The translations under genes and the position numbers were made by a program. A DNA stretch of 58,022 nt from a virus (Duplodnaviria; Caudoviricetes): positions 1 through 58,022 of IMG/VR virus record IMGVR_UViG_3300012665_000938; one strand, written 5' to 3'. Of this stretch, positions 45,164 through 55,200 are shown one piece after another (position 1 is the first letter of the stretch; the number at the start of each line of letters is the position of its first letter). Below the pieces are notes generated by a model. It did no database searches and was not told the DNA's origin. It was given only the letters and a program-made list of their open reading frames with translations.

Positions 45164-46177
45164 TTAAGCGACTGCTTGAACCTTAAGCCGACCCAATGCA
45201 CGGGTGTGAGGAATCCACAAACCGATGCCCCAGTCGAAGACTACGTTGTGCATGATTCCATTCTCTTTCGAGAGACCTAGGTAAGTAGGCTTGAATGGAC
45301 CGGACTGCCATCCTTCAACATATCCCTTGCCATAACGTACAGCATAGATGTGCGTGGACTTGTTAGCAACTGGACCAGCAAGAGTGTTTGCAATGATTGG
45401 AGTCACACCATCAGACTTTCGTCCTACGGTACGAATCGTTGCAGCCTTGTACTTCTCAACTGGGCGGTCGAAGGAATCCTGCGTAACGTCAAAACCTGCA
45501 CCAATACCCATAGTACGGATTGCAAATTCAATCTGACGCTTTGTGTATTCGTTCATGTAAAGAACGACACCGTTACCGTCTGGCGCATTCATGTTGTCGA
45601 ACAATTCTTGAATAGCAGAGAAGAGTCCGTTTGAAAGTGGAGCAGTGATGGAACCGGGGACAAGCGTTGCCTGTGTCGCTGGGACACTGATATCCATTTC
45701 AGAAGGAATATCGTAGTCAGCAAAGTTGTCAAGACGATAACCGAGTCCGGGGAAACAATCGACGTTACCCGTAACAGGGTTATTGTTTACGAGTTTGTCA
45801 TTGAAGTCATATGCAAAACCTTCAAGGAAGATTTGAACCTGTGCTTCAATTGGGTCGATGATGTTTGTTGGCTGGTTGAGCAGTACTTGGTCAACAAGAA
45901 TCTTGTTGCGGACAAGATACATCTGCTCTTCATAAGACTTTGGACGACCCTTAACTGCAACAGGCTCACCATTAACGGTTGACCAGTTTGGTCCGGGAAT
46001 ACCAGAGTTCAGATAACGAACACCGATTTGCTTGAGAGATGGAGACGTGTAGAGTGGGATGTCCTTAAGAGCATTCCACGTCTGATGAAGAGATTTAGTG
46101 ATTTCCTTGACGAGCGGGTCGTTGCTGATTGCCGCTTGGTCAGCCAAGGTCAAAGCACCGTTAAAGTCGATTGCCAT
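45164..46177 (-). CDS. Major capsid protein
   Basis: 337 aa, ALTLAD N-terminus, F.GL..RL, IYAVRYG, ALGRL C-terminus; follows portal and scaffold. Confidence 0.85.
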   Translation of the reverse strand: MAIDFNGALTLADQAAISNDPLVKEITKSLHQTWNALKDIPLYTSPSLKQIGVRYLNSGIPGPNWSTVNGEPVAVKGRPKSYEEQMYLVRNKILVDQVLLNQPTNIIDPIEAQVQIFLEGFAYDFNDKLVNNNPVTGNVDCFPGLGYRLDNFADYDIPSEMDISVPATQATLVPGSITAPLSNGLFSAIQELFDNMNAPDGNGVVLYMNEYTKRQIEFAIRTMGIGAGFDVTQDSFDRPVEKYKAATIRTVGRKSDGVTPIIANTLAGPVANKSTHIYAVRYGKGYVEGWQSGPFKPTYLGLSKENGIMHNVVFDWGIGLWIPHTRALGRLKVQAVA

Positions 46178-46199
46178 ATTCGTGACCTTTCATTACCGA

Positions 46200-47033
46200 T
46201 TATCGGTTTGTTATTCCCATCAACTGGCTCAGGGAGGACCTAGCCCCACCATAAGACTGTTGATTGCCACCAACCACTGGACGTGCTGAACTTGCTTGAG
46301 ATTGCGGAGTTGGAGTACGTTGACCGTGTGCAACCTGTTTTGCAACTTCAGAACGAAGTGATTGAGTGAGTCTACCTACGTGTTCATGCACCATTTGTGC
46401 TGCTTTGGTTGGTTCATTGCCAGCACTAATAAGAGCATCAACAAGAGCAGTAGCCTCTTTTGCCAGTGGATATTGTTCCATTGCAGTCGTTCGCTCTTGA
46501 TGAATCATAAACTGACTCACCTCAGCCATTGCCTGTTGGTAGCGGAACTGCGTCAACTCGGCTTCTAGTTGCAACTTTGCAGTTGCAGGGTCTACAAGGT
46601 CTTGTTGTTCTAGTTCACGATAGCGATTGACAATCTGCTGTTCTTCCATCTGCTGTTGTTGCTGTTGCAAAGCACGTTGAACATCAGCAGCGGATTGGTA
46701 ACCTTGTTGCTCAAACTGGCTAATAACATCAGCCCATTTGTCAAGTCGGTCAGAATAGCCTCTTGCCCTATCGTTAACTTCCCTGAACCTATCGTAAGGG
46801 ATAGGACCGGGGTTGGACGCATCTTCACTGGTTGGCTCCGACAAATACCCGAAGGATTCGTCGATTGTGGATTGCTCCACAGGGACATCAGCACCATCGT
46901 TAACGCCTTCTGTGCTATAGATTTCGGGGTCGGCGGAATCCCTAATCGTGTCCATAATGGCGTTACCAACGCCATATACGTCTGACGCACCCGCTGATGA
47001 ATCGGATGTCTGTATCATCATCTCGTCTGACAA
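46200..47033 (-). CDS. Scaffolding protein
   Basis: Acidic N-terminus, IPYDRFREVN motif, coiled coil; AAGGAG RBS; between portal and capsid. Confidence 0.8.
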   Translation of the reverse strand: MSDEMMIQTSDSSAGASDVYGVGNAIMDTIRDSADPEIYSTEGVNDGADVPVEQSTIDESFGYLSEPTSEDASNPGPIPYDRFREVNDRARGYSDRLDKWADVISQFEQQGYQSAADVQRALQQQQQQMEEQQIVNRYRELEQQDLVDPATAKLQLEAELTQFRYQQAMAEVSQFMIHQERTTAMEQYPLAKEATALVDALISAGNEPTKAAQMVHEHVGRLTQSLRSEVAKQVAHGQRTPTPQSQASSARPVVGGNQQSYGGARSSLSQLMGITNR

Positions 47034-47052
47034 ATTTATCGTACTCCTTTAT

Positions 47053-49302
47053 TTACTCATTGCCAATAGTAGGCGATTGGTTTTGCATTATTTGATTTCG
47101 CAAATTCTCTTCCGAAACCTTCACAATGCTCTTTGCTGCATCGTTCTCCTGAGTAAGGCGAGAACGCTCACGCATCTTCTCAATGTCAGCCATCATTTTC
47201 GCTTCAATCTGCGCTTGACTCTTCTGTACATCAAGTTGTGTCTGCATCTGGGCTGCTTCTGGGTCAAACTTCTGACTCTTCTGCGATTCCATCTGCTGTG
47301 CTTGAGCCATTTGCTCTTGCATCATCTGTGCTTGCTGTGCCATTGCCTGTTCCTGCATATTCAAGTGATTGATAATCTTTGCAGTCTCTGGCAGTGTCAG
47401 CATACTAACAACAAGTTTATTGGTTGCTGGGTCTTGTGGGTCACCAAACAATCCCATCTGTCGCATAGCGATGACCTTCTGAAGTTTCTGGTCAGGGCTA
47501 TCCTCTTGAGTGGACCCCGGTACATAAACAATTCTGTACTGACCACCACTACGAATGTGTTCAAAACTGATTACACCTTGCTCAAGTTTTTGCATCGGAT
47601 TGGCTTGTTCATCAACATTACCAATGAATGGTGCTACACCAAATTCTTCAACAAGTGCAATTTCCCACTCTTTAATCTTTGCTGCTGATATCTCAATGTC
47701 AGCACGAACATAACTATGTTGAGTGTTGTCGGCTCTCTGTAGAAGTTGCACTGCTTCCGCTGGTGTACCGGCAGGTGCTTGTCCTTGAGATACATCATGC
47801 AATCCTGCAATATCCATCATGTCTTTTTCAAGATATTGAAGTAGAGGGAATAGGTCACCACCAATACCCGGCGCACGAGATACAACAGGTGGCTGTGAAC
47901 CTACGTTGTAGTAAATCTTTTTGTATGTGCGGGTCTCATCGAGAGAGTCATCACCCATATGATTAAAGGCATCAGCACCTATGTTGGACAACCTTTGAAC
48001 CATAACATAATCACGCTGTTGTTCAAACTGCTCAAGCATACGTGAGTACACACGGTTATAAGTCTGCTGTAATGAACAGAGGTCAAACCCTAGGGAGTGT
48101 CCATATGGAGTACCACTACGTGGTTGCCATCGAAGTGGGATGAATGGGAACTCGTCCTTCTTCTTGTATAGCCACGGTCCAGCGTGAAGCAAGACTGTAT
48201 TAGTGCTAACTATATATCGCCCAGATGGATACTCTTGTGACGGTTTTTCCCAATATTCATAAACAACTGATGCACGTTTTCGTGAATCACTTTGTGCAAG
48301 ACGAGCCGTAGATGGAGGAGTCCAACCATTACCTGAACCATTGCCACCTTCAAGGTAAGCATCAATATACGATGCATTGTTACCCATAAGCGCATCAGGT
48401 GAAACTAACTTACCAACGTCACCGTAGTTGTCTACAAACCACGAGAGCGGTTTAGCAGACGCATGAATAAGCCACCTAACATCTGCATCTCGTTTGGCAG
48501 TTGGGTCAAGGAATATATCGAATGCTGGAAGAATTTCTTCCTTGACATCTCCGATTTCAATATTCTCATAACCAGTAACTTCTCCAGAATCAGGAGAGAA
48601 GTACGGCATAATCTGTTGACCACGGGCATCCCAGTAAATCTTTAGATATGAAGTTCCGCATACACAAGCCCAGCGAACACGTTCTTTCAACTGAGTCTCA
48701 CGACTAAACTTACGATTGTAGTGACCACAGATGTGGTTGGCTTCTTCAGATGCTAGGAGGTCACGTTGGTTCTGCGAAAGGGGAACTGCTCTTGCGTCTG
48801 GACCTACCTGTGTCAACTTACCAACAACACCATCAATCAATGGACGCATCTTATTGATAGTGATATATCGGTTAGCCTCATTAGGATTCTGAAGGTTAAT
48901 TAGGTTACGTGTTTGACTACTAATGGTAAACCACTGCCGACCTTCAAAGAAGGCAATAGCCATAGCCCATTCAAGTTCCATTTCACGCCTAGCACGATAT
49001 GCAAGTTCAAACTGCTCTTTAACGAATCGAGTTACTTTACGCTTCTCTTCATCTGGTGCATCAGGTTGTACTTTCCATTCGTTTGCATTGTGGTCAATGG
49101 TAAGGTTAGTATCTTCAGTAGTAGTTTGTGCGTTAGTAAGTTTCTCACTTCCGGGAATGCCAGAAACAAGACGCTTTTCCATCGCCATAACCTTTGGTTC
49201 ACCCTGCTTAGATAACCGCTCGGCAATCTGCGCTGCGAAACCCTGCATGACGTTCATGCCTTGAGTATTCTTTTCTCTACTCTTAAACAGCGGTCTTCTC
49301 AT
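47053..49302 (-). CDS. Portal protein
   Basis: AFFEGRQW, INKMRP, VYEYW, Q..YNR, DIAGLHDVSQG motifs; Q-rich barrel-like C-terminus. Confidence 0.9.
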   Translation of the reverse strand: MRRPLFKSREKNTQGMNVMQGFAAQIAERLSKQGEPKVMAMEKRLVSGIPGSEKLTNAQTTTEDTNLTIDHNANEWKVQPDAPDEEKRKVTRFVKEQFELAYRARREMELEWAMAIAFFEGRQWFTISSQTRNLINLQNPNEANRYITINKMRPLIDGVVGKLTQVGPDARAVPLSQNQRDLLASEEANHICGHYNRKFSRETQLKERVRWACVCGTSYLKIYWDARGQQIMPYFSPDSGEVTGYENIEIGDVKEEILPAFDIFLDPTAKRDADVRWLIHASAKPLSWFVDNYGDVGKLVSPDALMGNNASYIDAYLEGGNGSGNGWTPPSTARLAQSDSRKRASVVYEYWEKPSQEYPSGRYIVSTNTVLLHAGPWLYKKKDEFPFIPLRWQPRSGTPYGHSLGFDLCSLQQTYNRVYSRMLEQFEQQRDYVMVQRLSNIGADAFNHMGDDSLDETRTYKKIYYNVGSQPPVVSRAPGIGGDLFPLLQYLEKDMMDIAGLHDVSQGQAPAGTPAEAVQLLQRADNTQHSYVRADIEISAAKIKEWEIALVEEFGVAPFIGNVDEQANPMQKLEQGVISFEHIRSGGQYRIVYVPGSTQEDSPDQKLQKVIAMRQMGLFGDPQDPATNKLVVSMLTLPETAKIINHLNMQEQAMAQQAQMMQEQMAQAQQMESQKSQKFDPEAAQMQTQLDVQKSQAQIEAKMMADIEKMRERSRLTQENDAAKSIVKVSEENLRNQIMQNQSPTIGNE

Positions 49303-49436
49303 TAGATGTACTTATCCTTATTGTCCACAGACTTTTTGACAGGTATTCCCCTTCTAATACAGTGTAGTTCATACGCTATGTATAGACACGTTGCTATTAT
49401 AGGTATGCACATCAAACTCAAATAAAGGTAATTCAT
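49302..49436 (-). CDS. 44-aa single-TM protein (not in the ORF track)
   Basis: MNYLYLSLMCIPIIATCLYIAYELHCIRRG...; starts 1 nt after the terL stop and is TAATG-coupled to portal. Confidence 0.65.
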   Translation of the reverse strand: MNYLYLSLMCIPIIATCLYIAYELHCIRRGIPVKKSVDNKDKYI

Positions 49437-49437
49437 A

Positions 49438-51180
49438 TTATAGATACTTGCCTTTACCATATGAGTCATCTGCCCACAATGGCTTCCACGTTTTCTTTGC
49501 CTCTACCTCAGGACATACCACAGGGTATTCACGCCACATTAGACCATACCTAAAGGAGTCAATAGCGTGGTCAGACTTTGTCCCAGCATCAATATCTTCT
49601 GGGTCTCTAGGGTCTGCCATCGTGTTGCTAATTTCTCTAATCAAGTTAGGACACGCATTACGGACAATACGTAATCTAGGGACAGGTCTACCTTCAACCA
49701 TTCTACTGGCAGCCAACCATTCCTTCATACGTCTCCATCCAGCCTTGCGGTCCTTTACCGCACGAACGGCAGGAAGACCTTTTCTCCACCACACTTCAAC
49801 TGGATACTCACCAATTCGCTGCTCATGATTTTGTGGAGGAAATGTATTAGCCCAGTCAAACGCAATAGCCTCAAGTTTAGTATTCCACTTTCCGTCTTTA
49901 AACCGCTTGTCAGCGGGTTCTCCTAGTTTATGTTTCTCCATAAGGAGAAGAGCATTCTCAGCCTGTTTTGACGATACACACCCAGCCTCATACCATTCAC
50001 CAATAACGTAGACATTCTCTTTGTCATCGCTGGCATAAAGTATAAATGCTGCTGGTGAGCCAGTACCAAAGTCATGACTAGCCCAATATCTCCACCACGG
50101 TTGAAGTTCAACGTGGTCTATAACGTGCCACGGTTCTCCATCTGAACCATATTCCTTAAACTCAGGAAATGCTCTACCGCCTACACCAACGTCATGCTGA
50201 CACTCACGTAGGAAGGCAATGATACCGAAGTCATCAATCTCACGCTGACACACTTCAATTGACTTGTGCGCCCACGTTGCTATACCACTAGTAATCTTGT
50301 AACCAACACGACCGTCTTCACGCTCTACTGGTTCATATACTAGGTTTTCTACAGCAGGAACAATCGGTGATTGGATTCTGTTTTGCAACATATCAATGTC
50401 ACCACTAAGTACACGACTCATAACTGAGTTGGCATGAATCCTGTTCTGCACAAACGCAATTGCACAGTCAGTTGATTTAGCAGGAAGGATTGTTGCAGTG
50501 ATTGTTTGAATCTTCTTCTCGACACGATTGACTGAATCGTCTAATTCGTCGATATCGTCAAGAATAATCATATCCGGGCGAAGGCTGTCCAACTTTACAC
50601 CACGTGCGCCAGTATCTAGACCAAAGGCTAGGATATTGAATCCATTCGCCGTTCTCAGTTTCTCTGCATTCCATCCCTTTGAATACCCATACTTATTGAT
50701 TGCTCTCTCAATACCACACCGTTCCATAGTAGTTGCAATATCAGCAACGTGACGGTTAGCAGCATCTTGAGTAGCACATACATAAAGCAAAAACCGACGA
50801 GATGCCTTGACTGAGATTCGACTTGCTATCAACTCCATAGTGGTTGATTTGCCACCACCACGAAACCAGCATTCGATTAGGGCTGGAGGAGGAGTTCCAT
50901 CTTGAATACTCTCTGCCCATTCCCACGCACGAGTATGGTGCGCTCCCATTTCTGATGATGCAGCATGAGGAGCAAACACTTTTAGCCATTGTTGATATGG
51001 CATTTCATGACCATTGATAGGATGCGCTTTCGTATCATCGAAGTCACCCATATCAATTGCGTCATCAAGTTTCTCACGCATTGCTTCAAGTAGGGCAATA
51101 GATAGAGGCTTGTCTGGTCGGACAAACTTCTTCAGTGCTTTAGGCGTTAAACGCTTATTGACTGTTGGCTTCTGTGCCAT
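49438..51180 (-). CDS. terL: Terminase large subunit
   Basis: FRGGGKST Walker A, RG, IILDDID Walker B, HDFG and DHAIDSFRY nuclease motifs. Confidence 0.95.
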   Translation of the reverse strand: MAQKPTVNKRLTPKALKKFVRPDKPLSIALLEAMREKLDDAIDMGDFDDTKAHPINGHEMPYQQWLKVFAPHAASSEMGAHHTRAWEWAESIQDGTPPPALIECWFRGGGKSTTMELIASRISVKASRRFLLYVCATQDAANRHVADIATTMERCGIERAINKYGYSKGWNAEKLRTANGFNILAFGLDTGARGVKLDSLRPDMIILDDIDELDDSVNRVEKKIQTITATILPAKSTDCAIAFVQNRIHANSVMSRVLSGDIDMLQNRIQSPIVPAVENLVYEPVEREDGRVGYKITSGIATWAHKSIEVCQREIDDFGIIAFLRECQHDVGVGGRAFPEFKEYGSDGEPWHVIDHVELQPWWRYWASHDFGTGSPAAFILYASDDKENVYVIGEWYEAGCVSSKQAENALLLMEKHKLGEPADKRFKDGKWNTKLEAIAFDWANTFPPQNHEQRIGEYPVEVWWRKGLPAVRAVKDRKAGWRRMKEWLAASRMVEGRPVPRLRIVRNACPNLIREISNTMADPRDPEDIDAGTKSDHAIDSFRYGLMWREYPVVCPEVEAKKTWKPLWADDSYGKGKYL

Positions 51181-51925
51181 CTACAACCTCAGCATCAATG
51201 ATGTCATTGTTATCGTCGTACACTTTCAGTAACTTATCGATGCCAACCTTAATAGCAGCAAACTCATCTGCATTACGGACAGATGCTTTTACGATGTTAA
51301 CTACTTGCATAACAAGACTAAACGCTTGGTCAACCTCAAGGGTATATGCTTTTGTCTGAAGCAATCTTTGTTCTGCTTCAACAATACTAGTTCTCTTTTC
51401 AATAAGACCGAGAACTTCCTTAGATGCATTCGCTTCTTCCGAAGTAGAAACAATCGCATCGCCCAATGCTTTGAAGTGCATCATAAAGTCTTCACTATGC
51501 AGGTTAGATTCGCACTGTGAATACAACTTACGGATGGAATGTAACTGCTCAACGGTTACACCTTCTGCTGCTAGTTCAGCACGGTGGTCGATAAGAGCAG
51601 TAATGTAGGCAGCGTCATCTCGTAGAGACCATAGGTCAGGGTCTTCACGTAGTTCATTGATTCGAGATAGTAATTGACCACCAACACGTGCAAAGCGTGA
51701 ACGACCCACACTCTTAAGTCCAGTCGTAAAGTTAATCGTTTCAAGATTAGCCTCCTTAGGTTTACCACCGTGTGTGACACAGAAGTTAGAACCCTTAATG
51801 GCTACGTTCTTACACTTGACAACGCCAACACCACGTACAATTTCTGCATCGCAGACTTTGACTAATGTGCCGTTACGGTCTTTAAATCTGTTGCCGTCTT
51901 TCTCAATTACTGGGTCACCCTTCAC
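51155..51925 (-). CDS. terS: Putative terminase small subunit
   Basis: C...CKN.A..G..FC..HGG and N..TG motif, helical body, IIDAEVV tail; directly upstream of terL. Confidence 0.65.
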   Translation of the reverse strand: MKGDPVIEKDGNRFKDRNGTLVKVCDAEIVRGVGVVKCKNVAIKGSNFCVTHGGKPKEANLETINFTTGLKSVGRSRFARVGGQLLSRINELREDPDLWSLRDDAAYITALIDHRAELAAEGVTVEQLHSIRKLYSQCESNLHSEDFMMHFKALGDAIVSTSEEANASKEVLGLIEKRTSIVEAEQRLLQTKAYTLEVDQAFSLVMQVVNIVKASVRNADEFAAIKVGIDKLLKVYDDNNDIIDAEVVDGTEANSQ

Positions 51926-52083
51926 TTACGCTTAGTAGCCATCCTTGCTTCAGACAATGCGATTGCTACTGCCTGTTTAGGGTTCTTGACCTTACTTCCA
52001 CTGGAAGACTTAAGCGTTCCGACTTTGAATTCGTGCATGACCTTTTCAATCTTAGTCTTCTTAACTGCTGCTGTCTTTCTCAT
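51922..52083 (-). CDS. DUF6496-like basic protein, 53 aa (not in the ORF track)
   Basis: KIEKVMHEFK.GTLKSSSG.KVKNPKQAVAIALSEAR; GTGA overlap with terS; leaderless start. Confidence 0.85.
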   Translation of the reverse strand: MRKTAAVKKTKIEKVMHEFKVGTLKSSSGSKVKNPKQAVAIALSEARMATKRK

Positions 52084-52105
52084 ATTGCTATTGTATACTC
52101 TCTAT
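52084..52105. promoter_or_regulatory. Back-to-back overlapping leaderless promoters
   Basis: TATACT (+, 52094-99) is 6 nt from ATG 52106; TACAAT (-, 52095-90) is 6 nt from ATG 52083. Confidence 0.7.
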
Positions 52106-52366
52106 ATGTCAAATGTGCCAGTAACGCCAAAACATTATCGCTCTTCTAAGTTTCAAGCCATCTCAGTAATTCGAGATTGGGGTTTATCCTTTGAGTTAGG
52201 GAATGTTCTTAAGTACGTACAACGTGCTGGTAAAAAGAATAGTGCCTCCCAACAAGAAGACTTGCAGAAGGCACTTTGGTATCTATTGCATGAGATTCAT
52301 GCTGATGTTATGGTCGTTGACTACATCATGTCTAAATCTAATGCATTTAACTCTGAAGAAGACTAA
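52106..52366 (+). CDS. DUF3310-like protein
   Basis: PKHY, F.LGNVLKY..RAGKK...EDLQKA.WYL signature. Confidence 0.85.
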   Translation: MSNVPVTPKHYRSSKFQAISVIRDWGLSFELGNVLKYVQRAGKKNSASQQEDLQKALWYLLHEIHADVMVVDYIMSKSNAFNSEED

Positions 52367-53430
52367 AATCCTCCACCAATTCCAGCCTGACGTTCCATAT
52401 CTTTATCCATCATAGGTTTTCCACCTACTCCACGGCTAGGCTTTTTGCCATAAAGATACTGGTTTAGTTTTGCACGTCCTGATGGATTAGAGGCAGACAA
52501 CTGATTCTTCTTCCACATATCATATTGCCCTAAAACCATTTGTTTCATATTGTCAGACATACCACGATACTTTTCAGTACCAGTCATTAGCCGACGAGCC
52601 TCATCAAAACTTTTACCTTTACCAATGAGGTCAACAGCATATCCAATAGCATCTTCAATTGGCTTATACTCGCCCTTCATTCCAGTCATATGGGTGGAAT
52701 GACGGTATACGCCATCATTTGTGTTTCCCATACCTTTAGCCATACCACGTGCCATTTTTACTCGTCGGTTTTCGGATTCTTCTCGACGAAACTTTTCCAA
52801 TTCAGGAAATTGACCAGCAGCTTTTTCAGATGCAGCAAGTACACCTGCAACTCCTGCAAATTTAGCAGCACCCTGAAGCATTGCAGGGGTGATGACTGGT
52901 GGCTTAGGAGTTTTACCTGCAATCTGTTTTACACCATCAAACAAATGGTCTGGAACATGAGTTCCTGCTCCACCGTGAATTCGAGCAAGTTGTCCACCTG
53001 TACGTCCAGCAGTTTCAGCAACAGCCTGTGCGCCACGTGTTAGTGCTTGTGTACCACGAGAAGCCAACGCTTTTGTTCCAGCCTCAGCAGCCTTCTGACC
53101 AGTTGTTGTAAGTGCTTGTGTTCCACGAGTAGCAAGTGCTTGTTGACCACGGGTAGCCAAAGCCTGTTCACCACGAGTAGCAAGGGCTTGTTGACCACGA
53201 CCAACTAATTCAGCAGATGGTCTACGCATAATGGCTTGCGATGTAGTATTAGAACTATTGCCAACAATATTAGGATTGGCTGCTCGCATAGACGCTTGAA
53301 ATTTGCTGACTGCTTGCGGATTACGCAATCCAGATGTTGGTGCAGTAGACTTAGGCTCCATACCTGCTGCTGCTCGCTGTGATGCGTTATATTTACGAAT
53401 ACGCTCTAGGCGAGCCGAATCGATAGGCAT
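52363..53430 (-). CDS. Basic low-complexity protein with 8-aa RGQQALAT repeats
   Basis: Tandem repeats at ~53020-53200; AAAGGTGG RBS; TAATG coupling. Confidence 0.75.
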   Translation of the reverse strand: MPIDSARLERIRKYNASQRAAAGMEPKSTAPTSGLRNPQAVSKFQASMRAANPNIVGNSSNTTSQAIMRRPSAELVGRGQQALATRGEQALATRGQQALATRGTQALTTTGQKAAEAGTKALASRGTQALTRGAQAVAETAGRTGGQLARIHGGAGTHVPDHLFDGVKQIAGKTPKPPVITPAMLQGAAKFAGVAGVLAASEKAAGQFPELEKFRREESENRRVKMARGMAKGMGNTNDGVYRHSTHMTGMKGEYKPIEDAIGYAVDLIGKGKSFDEARRLMTGTEKYRGMSDNMKQMVLGQYDMWKKNQLSASNPSGRAKLNQYLYGKKPSRGVGGKPMMDKDMERQAGIGGGF

Positions 53431-53690
53431 TACTTGCCACCTTTCTTAAACGGGAACATTGGCTTCTTGCCACCCATTTTAGGGTGTTCTTTCATTTCGC
53501 CACGCATCATCGCTGCCTTAGATGCTGGACGCTTACCATACTCTTTAGTTTCAGCCTTCATGACACCTGCTACACTAGGCTTCTTCTTCATTCCGTGTTC
53601 GCCTTTTTCAATGCCCATCAACTGGGACATTGTGCGACCACCTTTTTTCATAACCATATCCCCTTTGGGATATCCCATACCTTGTGGCAT
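53430..53690 (-). CDS. Small K/M/G-rich basic protein
   Basis: MSQLMGIEKGEH-type repeats; start revised to 53690. Confidence 0.7.
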   Translation of the reverse strand: MPQGMGYPKGDMVMKKGGRTMSQLMGIEKGEHGMKKKPSVAGVMKAETKEYGKRPASKAAMMRGEMKEHPKMGGKKPMFPFKKGGK

Positions 53691-53691
53691 A

Positions 53692-54627
53692 TTACTTCTT
53701 CTTTCCAAATCCCATAGCCTTTGACATTGCAGACTGACCTGCATATGAAGACTTGTTGGATGATGCATACGGATTCATAGAGAACGATGGACCACCAGAG
53801 TTGCCAGAGTACTTAGTACGGCGGAATCCGGTTGCCTCATCTGCTGCATAGAGTGCTGCTGCACCTTCTGCCACTGGACCAAGTGCTGCTGCCTTAGCCA
53901 TCATTCCACCACCACGTGGCTGTGCCTTTGCTGCTGTAGCACGGGCTGCTAAACGACCACGTGCATTTGCTGCGTTTGCTGCATCACGAGCCGTAACGTC
54001 TGCACTTTTTGCAAGACGAACATTGTTTGCTGTCTGTGAGCGGAGACGCTTAATAGTTGGTTCAATCTTATCCATATCAGCACGATATGCGTCATTTATA
54101 CGGTAATTGTTTTTATCCATTACCTTTTTAGAAACTTCACGCTCACGTGCATAACCTGTTTTTTGTGCTTTTAAACCAGATGGCGTACTCTGTGTTTCCC
54201 TAGGTTGCCTAACTGCAAGTGGGTCACGCCGTCCTTCATTAATACCTGCTTGTTTGCGAGTAATGAATGGTTGTGGTTTACCAGCAGCAGTAGCACGGGC
54301 TGCAAGACGCTCACGTGCAATACGTGCATTGCTTGCATCACGTGACGTTACTGCTTTTGAATCAGCCATTGCCTCAACATTCATTTTTTTCTGAAAACTT
54401 TTTACATCACCTTCACTGACTGCACGTTCAAATTTCTTATCTATAGACGAATCATATGGATTATCGCGTCTGGCATTTTGCCACTCAGAATAAATAGGTG
54501 ATACGTTTTTAGCAAAATCTTTTTGAAATGCTTTTACACCTTTGCGTTGACCACTATGTGTCAAAGTCCCATCGGGCGTTTCAAATATTAACCCTTTTCG
54601 TCGGGTAATGAACTTTTCGTCTGGCAT
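53692..54627 (-). CDS. Basic A/R/K-rich protein with internal duplication
   Basis: VT.RDA.NA..AR.RLAARATAA occurs twice; GAGG RBS before 54627. Confidence 0.7.
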   Translation of the reverse strand: MPDEKFITRRKGLIFETPDGTLTHSGQRKGVKAFQKDFAKNVSPIYSEWQNARRDNPYDSSIDKKFERAVSEGDVKSFQKKMNVEAMADSKAVTSRDASNARIARERLAARATAAGKPQPFITRKQAGINEGRRDPLAVRQPRETQSTPSGLKAQKTGYAREREVSKKVMDKNNYRINDAYRADMDKIEPTIKRLRSQTANNVRLAKSADVTARDAANAANARGRLAARATAAKAQPRGGGMMAKAAALGPVAEGAAALYAADEATGFRRTKYSGNSGGPSFSMNPYASSNKSSYAGQSAMSKAMGFGKKK

Positions 54628-54628
54628 A

Positions 54629-54898
54629 CTAACTACCTCTGTAGATTTTAGTTGCAGCAGTGCGCTGCTTGTTACTGCCATAAATTACTAGGTCACCTTG
54701 AAGACCTGCGTGTTCTACGGCTTCTGCTTCCATTGCTTTTCGCAAGGTAGGCATTGAACCCAACTTATGCTCTTTCATTTCCATAGCACGAATCTGTTGG
54801 GCAGTAGGCTTTTGCTTGAGACCGTGTTCTTGTTGTTCAAGACTCATCAATTTAGCCATCGAAAGATGGTTCAGATGTTTATTCATCTGGTTAATCAT
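54629..54898 (-). CDS. Small protein with E..EH repeats
   Basis: LEQQEH, MEMKEH, AEAVEH; TGATG coupling. Confidence 0.7.
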   Translation of the reverse strand: MINQMNKHLNHLSMAKLMSLEQQEHGLKQKPTAQQIRAMEMKEHKLGSMPTLRKAMEAEAVEHAGLQGDLVIYGSNKQRTAATKIYRGS

Positions 54899-55146
54899 CA
54901 GCAGTCCCACGCTCTCAGTGATTTATTGATACGTGAGTTTGGGTCACGTGCTGTTTTAGTAGATGTATTCTTAGCCTTCATGCCTTCCATTCTTGAACAG
55001 AATGATTTGCGTCTGCCAGCATCTGCTTTGGTTTTAGGGTTAGGTGCAGGAGGTTTAAGGTTAGCACCCGTGGTTTTCTTGAAATGCGCTCGACCAGCAG
55101 CATTCAATCCACCCTTAGGGTCTTGATATTTTTTTAGTACGCCCAT
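54898..55146 (-). CDS. DUF6321-like basic protein
   Basis: PKGGLNAAGR...G.NLKPP...RRKSFCSRM.G...PNSRINKSLRAWDC; TACAAT 7 nt upstream of the ATG. Confidence 0.85.
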   Translation of the reverse strand: MGVLKKYQDPKGGLNAAGRAHFKKTTGANLKPPAPNPKTKADAGRRKSFCSRMEGMKAKNTSTKTARDPNSRINKSLRAWDC

Positions 55147-55200
55147 ATCAGGGATTGTACACTTATGCATTTCTTTATGCACTCCTGATACAATTGACAT

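Noticed and set aside
19006-51520. Numerous plus-strand ORFs opposite the structural genes (for example 46948..47688)
   Set aside because: Antisense shadows of long coding sequences, with no RBS and biased composition.
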